64,000 nt of DNA from a gamma proteobacterium endosymbiont of Lamellibrachia anaximandri (GCA_016756855.1 JAESPD010000010.1:20468-84467); one strand, 5' to 3'. Shown: positions 38,132 to 48,027, counted from the first letter of the stretch. Notes: generated by a model from the sequence alone, not told the origin. Numbers and translations are program-made.

Positions 38132-38413
38132 ATGGGGAATCCGGAGCAACGATTGGACCGGGAAGAGATCAAGGCCAGGCTGCGTGAGATTATCCAGGCG
38201 CAGTTGGAGGAAGACGAGGTCGAGTACGACGAGAACAATCTGGACAATCTATCCGAATTGGAGATCGACTCACTCTCTTTTGTTGAAATAATCTTTGTGA
38301 TAGAGGACAAATTCGATGTTAAGTCTGGGGGGTTTAGTGATGAACAGCTTAAAGAGATCAAAACCACTGACGATATTGCCGACCTGATTATTGCTGCCAA
38401 GTCGGCGTCATGA
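38132..38413 (+). CDS. Acyl carrier protein (NodF-like, stand-alone)
   Basis: 93 aa, very acidic, with the phosphopantetheine-attachment motif EIDSLSFVEI. Confidence 0.75.
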   Translation: MGNPEQRLDREEIKARLREIIQAQLEEDEVEYDENNLDNLSELEIDSLSFVEIIFVIEDKFDVKSGGFSDEQLKEIKTTDDIADLIIAAKSAS

Positions 38414-39654
38414 GCGCTGGCGACAGAGTAGCGATTACAGGCCTTGGTGTGGTGTCTCCGGTTGGTAACGACATCCACTCTTTCTGGGAGAATCTGGCCG
38501 CCGGTGTCAGCGGTATTCGACCGATCGAGCGTTTTGAGTCAGCCAATTTCGGCTGTAAGGTTGCCGGCCAGGTCGAGGGACTTTCCGAGAGTCCTTTCTA
38601 TAAGAAAAAATACATCAGGATAGACCCCTGCAGTGCAATGGGGCTGGTTGCAGCCAGCCAGGCTCTGGCTCAGGCCGGCATAGAGATGGGTAGTGAAAAA
38701 CGAGCTCGCTATGGCGTCTATTCCGGTACGGGTATCGGTGGTGTGACTACCCATGAAACCGCCTGTTTGAAGTATGCTGCCAAGCCTGATGACCCTCGTA
38801 TCAGTCCGCTCGCCATCGTGCGGGTGATGAATAATGCATGCGCCTCAGAGATCGCAATGCATTTTGGTTTTGCCGGCGAGTCACTTACTGTCTCGACCGC
38901 TTGTGCTGCCGGCTTGCAGGCCTTGGGAGAAGCCTGCCGCGCTATACGTGATGATCGGGCAGACCTGATTGTGGCGGGTGGAAGCGATGCCCCCCTCTCC
39001 CGCCCTCTCTACTCTGCCTGGCAGAGCATGCGGGTCATGTCGTCTTGGGAGGGTGATCCCGCAGCCGCCTCGCGCCCGTTCAGTGGTGATCGTAGTGGTT
39101 TGGTATTGGCGGAGGGCGCAGCCTACGTCATTTTGGAGAGCGAGGGGCACGCGCGTAGCCGTGGAGCTGAAATACTTGGATTTGTGGATGGATATGCCTC
39201 CAATACCTGCCATGGTCACATCACACGGCCGAGTATGGAGCATGAGGTCGATGTGATGGGGAACGCGCTGAAAAGTGCCGGTATTACCCCTGATGATGTT
39301 GACTACATCCATGCCCATGGCACGGGAGCTGAGGCCAACGATGTGATAGAAACCAACGCCATAAAAGCGGTGTTTGGTGAGCGTGCCGCCGATGTTCCGA
39401 TTACTTCAGGCAAGTCGATGCTGGGGCATACTTTGGGTGCTTCGGGGGTCTTCGGACTGATCTCGGCACTGTTGAGCCTCAACAAGGGCATCGCCATCCC
39501 CACCATTAACCTGGATAACCCGGATCCCAAGTGTGACTTGAACTATGTGGCAAACAAGGCTCAGCCTTTGTCCAGAAGTCGTACTGCTATAGTGAATGCG
39601 TTTGGTTTTGGTGGAACAAACTGCACGGCGGTGATCAGCAAAGCGCATATGTAG
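38410..39654 (+). CDS. Beta-ketoacyl-ACP synthase, KAS I/II (FabF/NodE-like)
   Basis: 414 aa. Cys-His-His triad contexts STACAAG, HAHGTGAEAND and GHTLGASG. The start overlaps the ACP stop (ATGA). Confidence 0.85.
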   Translation: MSAGDRVAITGLGVVSPVGNDIHSFWENLAAGVSGIRPIERFESANFGCKVAGQVEGLSESPFYKKKYIRIDPCSAMGLVAASQALAQAGIEMGSEKRARYGVYSGTGIGGVTTHETACLKYAAKPDDPRISPLAIVRVMNNACASEIAMHFGFAGESLTVSTACAAGLQALGEACRAIRDDRADLIVAGGSDAPLSRPLYSAWQSMRVMSSWEGDPAAASRPFSGDRSGLVLAEGAAYVILESEGHARSRGAEILGFVDGYASNTCHGHITRPSMEHEVDVMGNALKSAGITPDDVDYIHAHGTGAEANDVIETNAIKAVFGERAADVPITSGKSMLGHTLGASGVFGLISALLSLNKGIAIPTINLDNPDPKCDLNYVANKAQPLSRSRTAIVNAFGFGGTNCTAVISKAHM

Positions 39655-39670
39655 AATGCGGTTCGCAAGC

Positions 39671-39718
39671 TCGGCTCTGGCTTCCTGCTTCGCTCTACCT
39701 CCTGCATCCATGCAGTCG
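39671..39718. repeat. Copy of the GCTCTACC...CTGCATCCATGCAG core repeat
   Basis: Lies in the 82-nt gap between the convergent KS and histidine kinase genes. GCTCTACCTCCTGCATCCATGCAGTCG is identical to the reverse complement of 49724-49750. Confidence 0.55.
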
Positions 39719-39736
39719 TCACCAGCATCCTGCGTC

Positions 39737-42529
39737 TTATTTATTGCTGTCATCCAGCTCCCGGTCACTGAACTCAAGGAGACGTTTGACTTCGTGATTG
39801 AATCGCCGCAGTTTTTCCAGAGTTTTTGCTTCGTCTCTTGATTTGCATGCCGCTTCCAGGTGTGTAACAGCAAGGTTCAATGCAGGAACCCCGCAGATCG
39901 AAGTGGCTCCATGCAGGCGGTGAACGTTCTCTCTGAGATCGTCCCATTGCCGGGCAGCATGATTCCCACGGATAACCCCGGCCTGTTCCGGCAGTTCGTT
40001 GCAAAACTGGTTGAACATTTCAGCAACAAGTTTTGTATTGCCTCCAGCAATATTTAACGCTTTTTCTTCATCTCTGATCGGGAGGTCAGCGTCTGAATCA
40101 ACTGACTCATTTGCGATTGCCATCGCCTGAGCCAGTTGAGGTTTTTCCCCTCTTAACAGTGGAAGTATTACGTTAAGCAGTTGAGATTCGGTATGTGGTT
40201 TGAGCAGATAACCATCCATACCGGCAGCTATTACCTCCTTTCGTGTCTCTGGTACCACGTCTGCAGTGAGTGCGACGATCGGCGGTGAGTTGGAACGATT
40301 CGCACAGTTCTCACGAATTCTTGCTGCGGCGTCCGTACCTTTTAGTTTCGGCATGTGGACATCCATTAGTATCAGGTCAAACTGGTTGTTTCTTGCCATA
40401 TCAATGGCTTCTGTGCCGGTATTCGCTTCTGAAACAATAGCGCCCTTATCAGAAAGAAGGATGTTCATCAGTTCCAGGTTGATGTGATTGTCATCCACGA
40501 CGAGGATTTTTTTCCCCTTCAATGAGGTGTCGCTATCAATGTTTGAAGGAATTGTTGAGTGGGTGTGAAGTTCGCCGGAGGAAAAAATCTCCTTAAGGAG
40601 GTTGTCGAGAGACTCGCTGCCCAAGGGTTTTGAAAGAGACCAGGCAGTATTGTCGATGTGGAAATTTTCTATGGTGTTTCGATCTGATGTGCTGAGAAGT
40701 ACCAGGACAGGAAGATTGAAAGAAGTCAGAAAACCCTTTGCTGTTATATCTGCGTGACCTGAGATGATTTCGTCTTTTGTAAAGCCGCATACGATCAAAT
40801 CTACTTGAGAGAGGATCGGCGCCACAGTGTCAACAGTCTCCAAATCTTTGGTTAAAAACCCTCGTTTAAGAAATTGATGTTTGATGGATAGGCGAGATAG
40901 TTTATGTTGATCAATGATCAGGCAACTTTTGTTATAAAATTGTGCTGTTTGCGGTTTGTTGCTTTCAGTGGCATCTTTTTTCAGAGTCAGCGTGACTCGG
41001 AAACAGGAACCCTGTCCGCGAGCACTGTCCACCTTGATGCTGCCACCCATCGATTGGGCTAACTTTTTGGAAATGCTCAGTCCTAGGCCGGTGCCGCCAT
41101 ACATTCTGCTGGTAGATGTATCAGCTTGTTGAAATGCATGAAAAAGATGCGCTTGTGCATCACGGTCGATACCAATGCCTGTGTCGGTTACAGTGAAGCT
41201 CAGTGTACACTCGCTATCTGTTTCATGCTCAAGCATGACCCGAACAATGACTTCACCTGAGTGAGTGAATTTGATCGCATTGCTCAACAGGTTGACAAGA
41301 ATTTGCCTGATTCTGGTTAAATCGCCGATCAGTCTGTCAGGAATGTCTGAGTAGATCATCAGAACAAGTTCCAGGTCTTTATCCTGGGCAGATGGTGCCA
41401 GCAGTACAACCGGGTCTTCAAAACACTCGGTCACGGAAAAACTTGAGCTGTCTGGCTCCAGTCTGCCGTATTCAAGCTTTGAATAGTCCAGGATATGGTT
41501 GATGATCTCCAGTAAGTTGGTAGCAGATTTGGTGATAGTGTTGACGATATCTTTCTGCTTTTTATCAAGGTCCATCTTTTTGAGTAAGTTCGCAAAACCC
41601 AGAACGCCATTCATTGGTGTTCTGATCTCATGGCTCATATTGGCGAGAAATTCTGATTTCACATGGCTTGCCATGAGCGCACGTTTTCTTGCCAGGTCGA
41701 GTTCGACATTCTGTATTTCCAATGCTTCCATTGTTTGAGTCAGGTCTGACGTTGCCTGATCAATCTGCTGTTGCATGGTTTCCCGGGACAGTTTCAATTC
41801 TCTAGCCATCGTGTTGAAACTCTCTTCAAGACTGGCGATTTCCCGGTAAGATTTTTCTGGAACCAAGGTGGAGAAGTCACCGGCTCGCATCTGCACCACT
41901 GCCTTCGTCAGGCGCGAAATCGGCCGCGTAACCCGATTGCTGAGTGCAAGTGAGAAGAGGATGGTTCCAATTAACCCGAACCACAATATAAGAAGACTGT
42001 TGCGCATAATTCTGCTTTTGTTGGCCAGCAGTCTTTTTGTGCTGATAGTGATGGCAACACTGCCTAGTGGTGCGGAACCTGACAAAGTGGATGTTTCAGG
42101 TTCCTCATTCTGTTCAGGATAGTCTGAGACATCAATCGGCATGATTTCGCCACCAACATGCGCACGAAAAATAATATGGTTGTCGGTGGAGTTGATGTTC
42201 CCTGCTATTGGATTATTGGGATAACTATTTATTTTGGCGAGTGTGTTATTTGATTCGTCGAGCACCCGAATTTCACTGACGTCACTATGACGAAAGATCG
42301 ATTTTAGATTGGTTTTCAGGGTTGTCGAGTTACGGGTAAACAATCCAGTAGTGCTTAATGCGGCGGCTTCATTGGCGATCGCCTGTCCACGTTCATTGAA
42401 CGCATCGAAGAGATTATCCAATTGTGTATTGATCAGATAGGTGATCAATGGCACTGCCAAGGCGATTGCAGGCAGTAATCCTGCGATCAATGCCTGTGTT
42501 CTGAAGGTTCTAAATTGACTCAGAATCAT
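39737..42529 (-). CDS. Hybrid sensor histidine kinase / response regulator with Hpt domain
   Basis: 930 aa. Two TM segments flank a ~150-aa periplasmic region, followed by HAMP, the H-box SHEIRTPMNG and HATPase N/G boxes. Then come a degenerate receiver, a canonical receiver (VVDDN...DLILMDVHMP...LTA...K) and a C-terminal Hpt (HRLHGATSICG). Confidence 0.9.
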   Translation of the reverse strand: MILSQFRTFRTQALIAGLLPAIALAVPLITYLINTQLDNLFDAFNERGQAIANEAAALSTTGLFTRNSTTLKTNLKSIFRHSDVSEIRVLDESNNTLAKINSYPNNPIAGNINSTDNHIIFRAHVGGEIMPIDVSDYPEQNEEPETSTLSGSAPLGSVAITISTKRLLANKSRIMRNSLLILWFGLIGTILFSLALSNRVTRPISRLTKAVVQMRAGDFSTLVPEKSYREIASLEESFNTMARELKLSRETMQQQIDQATSDLTQTMEALEIQNVELDLARKRALMASHVKSEFLANMSHEIRTPMNGVLGFANLLKKMDLDKKQKDIVNTITKSATNLLEIINHILDYSKLEYGRLEPDSSSFSVTECFEDPVVLLAPSAQDKDLELVLMIYSDIPDRLIGDLTRIRQILVNLLSNAIKFTHSGEVIVRVMLEHETDSECTLSFTVTDTGIGIDRDAQAHLFHAFQQADTSTSRMYGGTGLGLSISKKLAQSMGGSIKVDSARGQGSCFRVTLTLKKDATESNKPQTAQFYNKSCLIIDQHKLSRLSIKHQFLKRGFLTKDLETVDTVAPILSQVDLIVCGFTKDEIISGHADITAKGFLTSFNLPVLVLLSTSDRNTIENFHIDNTAWSLSKPLGSESLDNLLKEIFSSGELHTHSTIPSNIDSDTSLKGKKILVVDDNHINLELMNILLSDKGAIVSEANTGTEAIDMARNNQFDLILMDVHMPKLKGTDAAARIRENCANRSNSPPIVALTADVVPETRKEVIAAGMDGYLLKPHTESQLLNVILPLLRGEKPQLAQAMAIANESVDSDADLPIRDEEKALNIAGGNTKLVAEMFNQFCNELPEQAGVIRGNHAARQWDDLRENVHRLHGATSICGVPALNLAVTHLEAACKSRDEAKTLEKLRRFNHEVKRLLEFSDRELDDSNK

Positions 42530-43545
42530 GGTGCTTCACCTGCAATGATCTGATCTCTGAGGCGGGTTTCAGAAGGAAGTTTAATCCCCAATGACCTTGC
42601 TACTTTTCTATTGACGCTGACAGAGAAATATTTCGGGTATTTCGGCCCTTTTATAAGATCGTTTTTTGCGCTGAGATGACTGGTGGAGAGGTCGACAATA
42701 TGTCGGGCAATATCATCAGGGGTGGAGTGAACAGCGGAAATAGCACCGGCCTTTACATAGGCGGCGGAAAATCCCACAACGGGCACCTGTTTGCGGTAGG
42801 TGGATGTGAGAATATTGGATATGGTCTTTCTGTTATGGATGTTGGCATCGGGCAGCGCCAGAAGAGCGTCTGACCTCCCCAATAATTTCCCAAGCTTGCT
42901 GCCAAGTTCTTTGCTATCCTCAACTTCCGCAAGAGTTATTGTGACCCCCAGATTATTTTCGCTCCTTCGCAAGATGGATTCAGAAGGAGCGTTATTCTTG
43001 TGGACCAATATTCCGATACGTTTCCCTCCGCCTGTAGAGAGTTTTGCCAGCCTGAGGCTGCGCTCAAGTGGCTGATTGAGATAGATCGTATCCGTTTCCT
43101 GAAAAATACCGTCGCTAATGTTGGGGTTTCTATTCGGCAGCATCGGTATCATTGCGTGGATGGTCTTTTTGGAAACGCCATGATTCCGTGTGAATTTTGC
43201 GGCCTTTGTCCCGAGTGTGATGATCAGGTCGTTATGTCCGGACCATTCGGGTTTCAGATCAGTTGGGATAGATGATGTTATGTCTGTCTCAGTGCAGATG
43301 TCTGGATGATTTCCGCAGTACAGAATAAAATAGTGCTCAATGGCACTGACCACCTTATCGTAAACGGTTGCTTTTCCGCTTTTTATGATCAGAATGTTCT
43401 GCTGTCTTTCGATGTCCTGTGAATAGACATATCCAACGATAAAATGCTGTGCCAGGAAAAGCAACAATAAAACACGGCAGAAACGCCCCAATACGGACAG
43501 GGTGTTACCTGTCTGCAGGGCTGTCAATTTGCCGTTAGTAAACAA
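42526..43545 (-). CDS. Periplasmic ABC-type substrate-binding-like protein (no cognate permease or ATPase nearby)
   Basis: 339 aa with an N-terminal hydrophobic signal. The pattern DLIITLGTKAA ... RIGILV ... DALLALPD ... PVVGFSAAYVKAGAISAV resembles the uncharacterised ABC_sub_bind/COG2984 family. Its stop overlaps the kinase start. Confidence 0.6.
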   Translation of the reverse strand: MFTNGKLTALQTGNTLSVLGRFCRVLLLLFLAQHFIVGYVYSQDIERQQNILIIKSGKATVYDKVVSAIEHYFILYCGNHPDICTETDITSSIPTDLKPEWSGHNDLIITLGTKAAKFTRNHGVSKKTIHAMIPMLPNRNPNISDGIFQETDTIYLNQPLERSLRLAKLSTGGGKRIGILVHKNNAPSESILRRSENNLGVTITLAEVEDSKELGSKLGKLLGRSDALLALPDANIHNRKTISNILTSTYRKQVPVVGFSAAYVKAGAISAVHSTPDDIARHIVDLSTSHLSAKNDLIKGPKYPKYFSVSVNRKVARSLGIKLPSETRLRDQIIAGEAP

Positions 43546-43625
43546 GTCCCGGTTTCCTTATACTTTTCGCTTTTTTGGGTAAGCGGTTTTTCAATCCATT
43601 GAAAATATCTTGAATAGACCAACTA

Positions 43626-45836
43626 TCATCTGAAACCCAGTGATGCCTGAAGGAAGAAGCGGGTTTCCCATCGGTTGACTAAGTCACGATTCGGCGCGTT
43701 GAAAAAATCCACATGCCCACCGTTGAGGTTTTGTCCGATCAACGCTATTTCTCCATCCATGCCCGGCAGAGTGAACTGTTTTCCCAGTCTCACATCCCAG
43801 CGCCTGAAGGTTGGGACCAGGTCGCCTTCACTACCCCAAATCATTTCGCCGACATAGTAGTAGGCCGAACTGATCTGGATGCCACTATCGAAACGGTGGC
43901 TGCCGAGGATGCTGAAGGTATGACTTGCGGCATTATCACTAATATCATTTCTGGATTGGACCGTGCCATCCAGAATCAGGAAAGCTTCCTGGCCGTAAGT
44001 ATTGGCGTAGCCGTAGCCGAGAAAAATCAGATCGCGGGGGGTCGGCCTGAAGTCAAGATTCACCTCAAGTCCATTGATGGTCGCCTCGCCTGAGTTTATG
44101 TAGGTGTCCGCGCCCTCCTGAACCAGGTCGCTGAAATTATTCAATGTTGCGAGGGCGATGGGGTCGGTCAGCCCGCGGTCCGGGTCAGGGATATCGAAAT
44201 TACGGAATTCATTAATGACATTGTCGATCTTTTCATGAAACAGTTTGAGATCCAGGGTCAGGCCAGCTTCAGGGAAACTGCCCAGGTATCCCAGCTCAAA
44301 ACTGTCGATGGATTGCGGATCCAGGTTTCCGGTTGCCAACACCCAGGTGTTCACGTCATTAAGCGGTTCATCGAGAAAGACCACGAGGTTGATGTGGTCC
44401 TCCAGCAGTGTGGGCATGCGGTAGGCGCGAGAAGCGCTTGCCCTGATGGTATTGTGTTGATCCATATGGTGATTGATTGCGAGGCGGGGAGAGAAGAAGG
44501 GATCCTTATCTTCAAAGCGCTCGACCATTCCTCCGGCATTGACAACCCACGCGGGAGAGATATGCCACTCTGCGTTGGCAAAGAGGCGTAATTGATCTCT
44601 TGTGATTGAGTCGCGCTGATGAAAGATCCAGACACTTTTTCCTTGATCCTGCCGTGCACCCGCCCCCCACACTAACCGTAGATTATCTGACGTCTGCAAA
44701 GTCTGCTGAAATTCAAGATCGTATCTATCTGACTCAAAACCCAGCCAGGAGAGGGTCAGAGGCGAGTCGGTGAGTTTCAGTTCATCCAGAAACATCTGGA
44801 AATTGTAGTTCCCACCAGAGAGCCCAAGGGCGAAGATGTCAGGCCGTATCGGCTCGGGAAAACCTTGCAGGTCGTCCAACCCTTTGATGATGTCTGAGAT
44901 GATAGGTGAACGGTAGCTGTCCTCTATCTGCTGGTAGTTATGATAAAACTGGAGACGAAACTCATTGCTTGGAGATTGCTGATGAGTCCAGGCTATCTGT
45001 TGGAAGTTGTAACGATTGTTTAATACCCTGGTCTGCTGAAAGATATCCGACCAGCCTTCGCCGTAGTTTCCCCGGCTGAAACCGACACGAAACTCCACGG
45101 TGTCGTCGTTATCCAGAGTTTGTTCTCCGTGGAAGTTGAACCAGCGGGTGTCGGCACTGTCTTCGCGTTCCTCAAAACCGTCGTATTCCTCATAGTTGGC
45201 TGAAATTCTATAGGCGAAGTCCCCAATCGAGTCGGCATAACGTCCATATATCTTGCGCGCATTGCCTTCGCCTATGATGGTTTTCAACATTGCACCGGGA
45301 CGATCAGCCGGGTGGTCGGTAGTAATGATGTTGACAACGCCGGCAAATGAGTTGGAACCATAGGCGGCAGCATTGGGTCCTCGGATCACCTCGATACGTG
45401 CTATTTCGTCGACCTCGATGGGCATGTCGGCCCATGCAACACCACCAAAAGCTGGATCGTAAACCGATCGTCCATCGATCAGCACCTGCATGTCACGAGC
45501 ATACTGGTCCGCCATGCCGTGATAGGTCGCGGTGGCTCTGGAACCGGAATAGAAACCCACTGCAAAACCCGGTACCAGTCGCAGCAGGTCAGGAATGTTT
45601 CTGGAGCCGGATGCACGGATCATCTCTTTGTCTATGATCGTCATTGCCGTGGGGGTATCGGCCAGGGATTGGGAGAGACGGGTTGCGGAGAGCACCACGG
45701 GCAGCTCGCCAAAAAAATAGTCTTCGGAGATTGGGTCGGATCCGGCGGCGTTCCCAATCTGAAAACAGATTGCAGGGAGCACCACGAGAGAAGAGAGAAG
45801 CCGTCTATACCGTAACGGATGTATTAGGAGTTGCAT
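43626..45836 (-). CDS. TonB-dependent outer membrane receptor
   Basis: 736 aa with a signal peptide and a plug domain (IIDKEMIRASGSRNIPDLLRLVPGF, IEVIRGPNAAAYGSNSFAGVVNIIT). Long beta-barrel ending ...ASLGFR. Confidence 0.85.
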   Translation of the reverse strand: MQLLIHPLRYRRLLSSLVVLPAICFQIGNAAGSDPISEDYFFGELPVVLSATRLSQSLADTPTAMTIIDKEMIRASGSRNIPDLLRLVPGFAVGFYSGSRATATYHGMADQYARDMQVLIDGRSVYDPAFGGVAWADMPIEVDEIARIEVIRGPNAAAYGSNSFAGVVNIITTDHPADRPGAMLKTIIGEGNARKIYGRYADSIGDFAYRISANYEEYDGFEEREDSADTRWFNFHGEQTLDNDDTVEFRVGFSRGNYGEGWSDIFQQTRVLNNRYNFQQIAWTHQQSPSNEFRLQFYHNYQQIEDSYRSPIISDIIKGLDDLQGFPEPIRPDIFALGLSGGNYNFQMFLDELKLTDSPLTLSWLGFESDRYDLEFQQTLQTSDNLRLVWGAGARQDQGKSVWIFHQRDSITRDQLRLFANAEWHISPAWVVNAGGMVERFEDKDPFFSPRLAINHHMDQHNTIRASASRAYRMPTLLEDHINLVVFLDEPLNDVNTWVLATGNLDPQSIDSFELGYLGSFPEAGLTLDLKLFHEKIDNVINEFRNFDIPDPDRGLTDPIALATLNNFSDLVQEGADTYINSGEATINGLEVNLDFRPTPRDLIFLGYGYANTYGQEAFLILDGTVQSRNDISDNAASHTFSILGSHRFDSGIQISSAYYYVGEMIWGSEGDLVPTFRRWDVRLGKQFTLPGMDGEIALIGQNLNGGHVDFFNAPNRDLVNRWETRFFLQASLGFR

Positions 45837-45950
45837 GGTGCTGTTCGCTATTGTGTGGCAGGCGTCTCGGCCCTGTTTCAGATACGTCTGCTTCTTCTAT
45901 GAACCGACATTCCCCAACGGCTATCCTATCATCTCCTACAAGTAGAACGG

Positions 45951-46670
45951 TTATCGTCTCAACACTTGCATCCAGCGCCAAAAATTCAGCAGTCCGGCCA
46001 ACGATGAGGCGACATAGGTGAGTGCGCAGGCCTTAAGTATCCGCCTGGCCTTTTTTTCCTGAGAGGCATCGATATATTTTCCCTGAGTGAGGATCGGCAT
46101 CGCCTTGCCGGAGCTGGCATCCCACTCCACCGGCAGGGTGATAAGCTGGGCGATGAGGCCGGTTCCCATGGTGGTTACGGCTGCTAACAGCATAATTGCA
46201 CCACTGCTCGGTGCCCGGGTAATGCCTGCCAGCAGGGGGGCGAGAAAGAGCAGGAATGATCCCAGCTTTTGGCTGACTATCGCTATCCTGGCCAGTCCCA
46301 TGCGCAGACGAAAAGGGCGATAACCACTGGCGTGCTGGATGGCGTGTCCGACCTCGTGGGCTGCGGTTGTGATGGCGGTCAGGGTTCTACCCTCAATTTT
46401 GTCCCTGGTGAGTCGCACGGTCTTGCTGATAGGGTCGTAGTGGTCGCCGGACTCGGTGGCTTCAACGCGAATATCCTTGAGTTCAAAGCGGTCAAGCAGA
46501 TGGCGGGCCAGTTCTCCTCCAGTGCCGGGGAAAGCCTCATCCCGCCGGTTGTAACGCGAGAGGATATGCTGCACCCACCATTGAGGGGCATATATCAGGG
46601 CGAGAACAAGTGTGATGAGTAAGAGATAGTGCATGCCTGGGATGATAGCCCGCCATGTTTTGTATCGCAT
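45951..46670 (-). CDS. Putative neutral zinc metallopeptidase (membrane-associated, YugP-like)
   Basis: 239 aa with a HEVGHAIQ zinc motif and hydrophobic segments at the N- and C-terminal ends. Confidence 0.7.
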   Translation of the reverse strand: MRYKTWRAIIPGMHYLLLITLVLALIYAPQWWVQHILSRYNRRDEAFPGTGGELARHLLDRFELKDIRVEATESGDHYDPISKTVRLTRDKIEGRTLTAITTAAHEVGHAIQHASGYRPFRLRMGLARIAIVSQKLGSFLLFLAPLLAGITRAPSSGAIMLLAAVTTMGTGLIAQLITLPVEWDASSGKAMPILTQGKYIDASQEKKARRILKACALTYVASSLAGLLNFWRWMQVLRR

Positions 46671-46758
46671 CCTCTGTTGGCAACAACAGGCGAATAATCC
46701 GGTATACTTACCCGTTTCCCGGGATTCCGGACTGAATTACAGAATTTGGAGATGAACG

Positions 46759-47976
46759 ATGTCGACAGAAGGCGTCAAGAAAGTGGTATTGGCCTATTCC
46801 GGTGGTCTGGATACCTCCATTATCGTCAAGTGGTTGCAGGACGAATACAAGTGTGAGGTGGTGACCTTCACTGCCGACATCGGTCAGGGCGAAGAGGTGG
46901 AGCCGGTACGCGCCAAGGCGGAGGCGGCCGGTATCAAAGAGATCTACATCGAGGACCTCACCGAAGAGTTCGTGCGGGACTATGTCTTCCCCATGTTTCG
47001 CGCCAATGCCATCTACGAGGGCGAGTACCTGCTGGGCACCTCCATTGCGCGCCCGTTGATCGCCAAGCGGCTGATCGAGATTGCCAACGAGACCGGGGCG
47101 GATGCCATCTCCCACGGCGCCACCGGGAAGGGCAACGATCAGGTTCGCTTTGAACTGGGCGCCTATGCCCTGCGTCCCGATATTCATATCATCGCCCCTT
47201 GGCGTGAATGGGATCTCAACTCCCGTGAAAAGCTGCTGACCTATGCCGAGGAGCACGGCATCCCCATTGAGATGAAGCGGGAGGGCAAGAAATCTCCCTA
47301 CTCCATGGATGCCAATCTGCTACACATCTCCTATGAAGGTTACGACCTGGAGGATCCCTGGACAGAACCGGGGGAAGAAATGTGGCGCTGGTCGGTCTCC
47401 CCGGAGCAGGCTCCGGACAGACCGATGTATATCGAGCTGACCTTCAAGCAGGGCGACGTGGTTGCCATCAATGGCGAGGCTATGTCACCGGCGACCGTTC
47501 TGGCGACGCTGAACAAACTGGGCGGCGACAACGGCATCGGGCGAGCGGACATCGTGGAGAATCGCTATGTCGGTATGAAATCCCGTGGCTGCTATGAAAC
47601 TCCTGGTGGCACCATCCTGCTTAAAGCGCATCGAGCCATGGAGTCGCTCACTCTGGATCGGGAGGCGGCCCACCTGAAGGACGAGTTGATGCCGCGCTAC
47701 GCCAAGTTGGTCTATAACGGCTACTGGTTCGCGCCGGAGCGGGAGATGCTGCAGGTCGCCATCGACCAGACACAGCAGGTGGTCAATGGTGTCGTCAGGT
47801 TGAAGCTCTACAAGGGCAACGTCTACGTGGTTGGTCGTAAGTCCGACACCAACAGCCTGTTTGACGAGTCCATCGCCACTTTTGAGGACGATGAGGGCGC
47901 ATACGACCAGAAGGATGCGGAAGGTTTTATCAAGCTCAATGCGCTGCGTTTGCGGGTGGCTGCGGGGAAAAAATAA
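46759..47976 (+). CDS. argG: Argininosuccinate synthase
   Basis: [26 protein letters not shown] and [19 protein letters not shown] motifs. Confidence 0.95.
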   Translation: MSTEGVKKVVLAYSGGLDTSIIVKWLQDEYKCEVVTFTADIGQGEEVEPVRAKAEAAGIKEIYIEDLTEEFVRDYVFPMFRANAIYEGEYLLGTSIARPLIAKRLIEIANETGADAISHGATGKGNDQVRFELGAYALRPDIHIIAPWREWDLNSREKLLTYAEEHGIPIEMKREGKKSPYSMDANLLHISYEGYDLEDPWTEPGEEMWRWSVSPEQAPDRPMYIELTFKQGDVVAINGEAMSPATVLATLNKLGGDNGIGRADIVENRYVGMKSRGCYETPGGTILLKAHRAMESLTLDREAAHLKDELMPRYAKLVYNGYWFAPEREMLQVAIDQTQQVVNGVVRLKLYKGNVYVVGRKSDTNSLFDESIATFEDDEGAYDQKDAEGFIKLNALRLRVAAGKK

Positions 47977-47982
47977 TAGGTT

Positions 47983-48016
47983 AAAGGCTGGCAAATCAAA
48001 GATTTGCCAGCCTTTT
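47983..48016 (+). terminator. Rho-independent terminator of argG
   Basis: Stem GGCTGGCAAATC (47986-97) pairs with GATTTGCCAGCC (48001-12), extendable by AAA/TTT. Loop AAA, then TTTT (48013-16). Confidence 0.7.
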
Positions 48017-48027
48017 GTGCCAAGCAT

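Noticed and set aside
46708-47256. 182-aa minus-strand ORF
   Set aside because: Antisense to the 5' half of argG.
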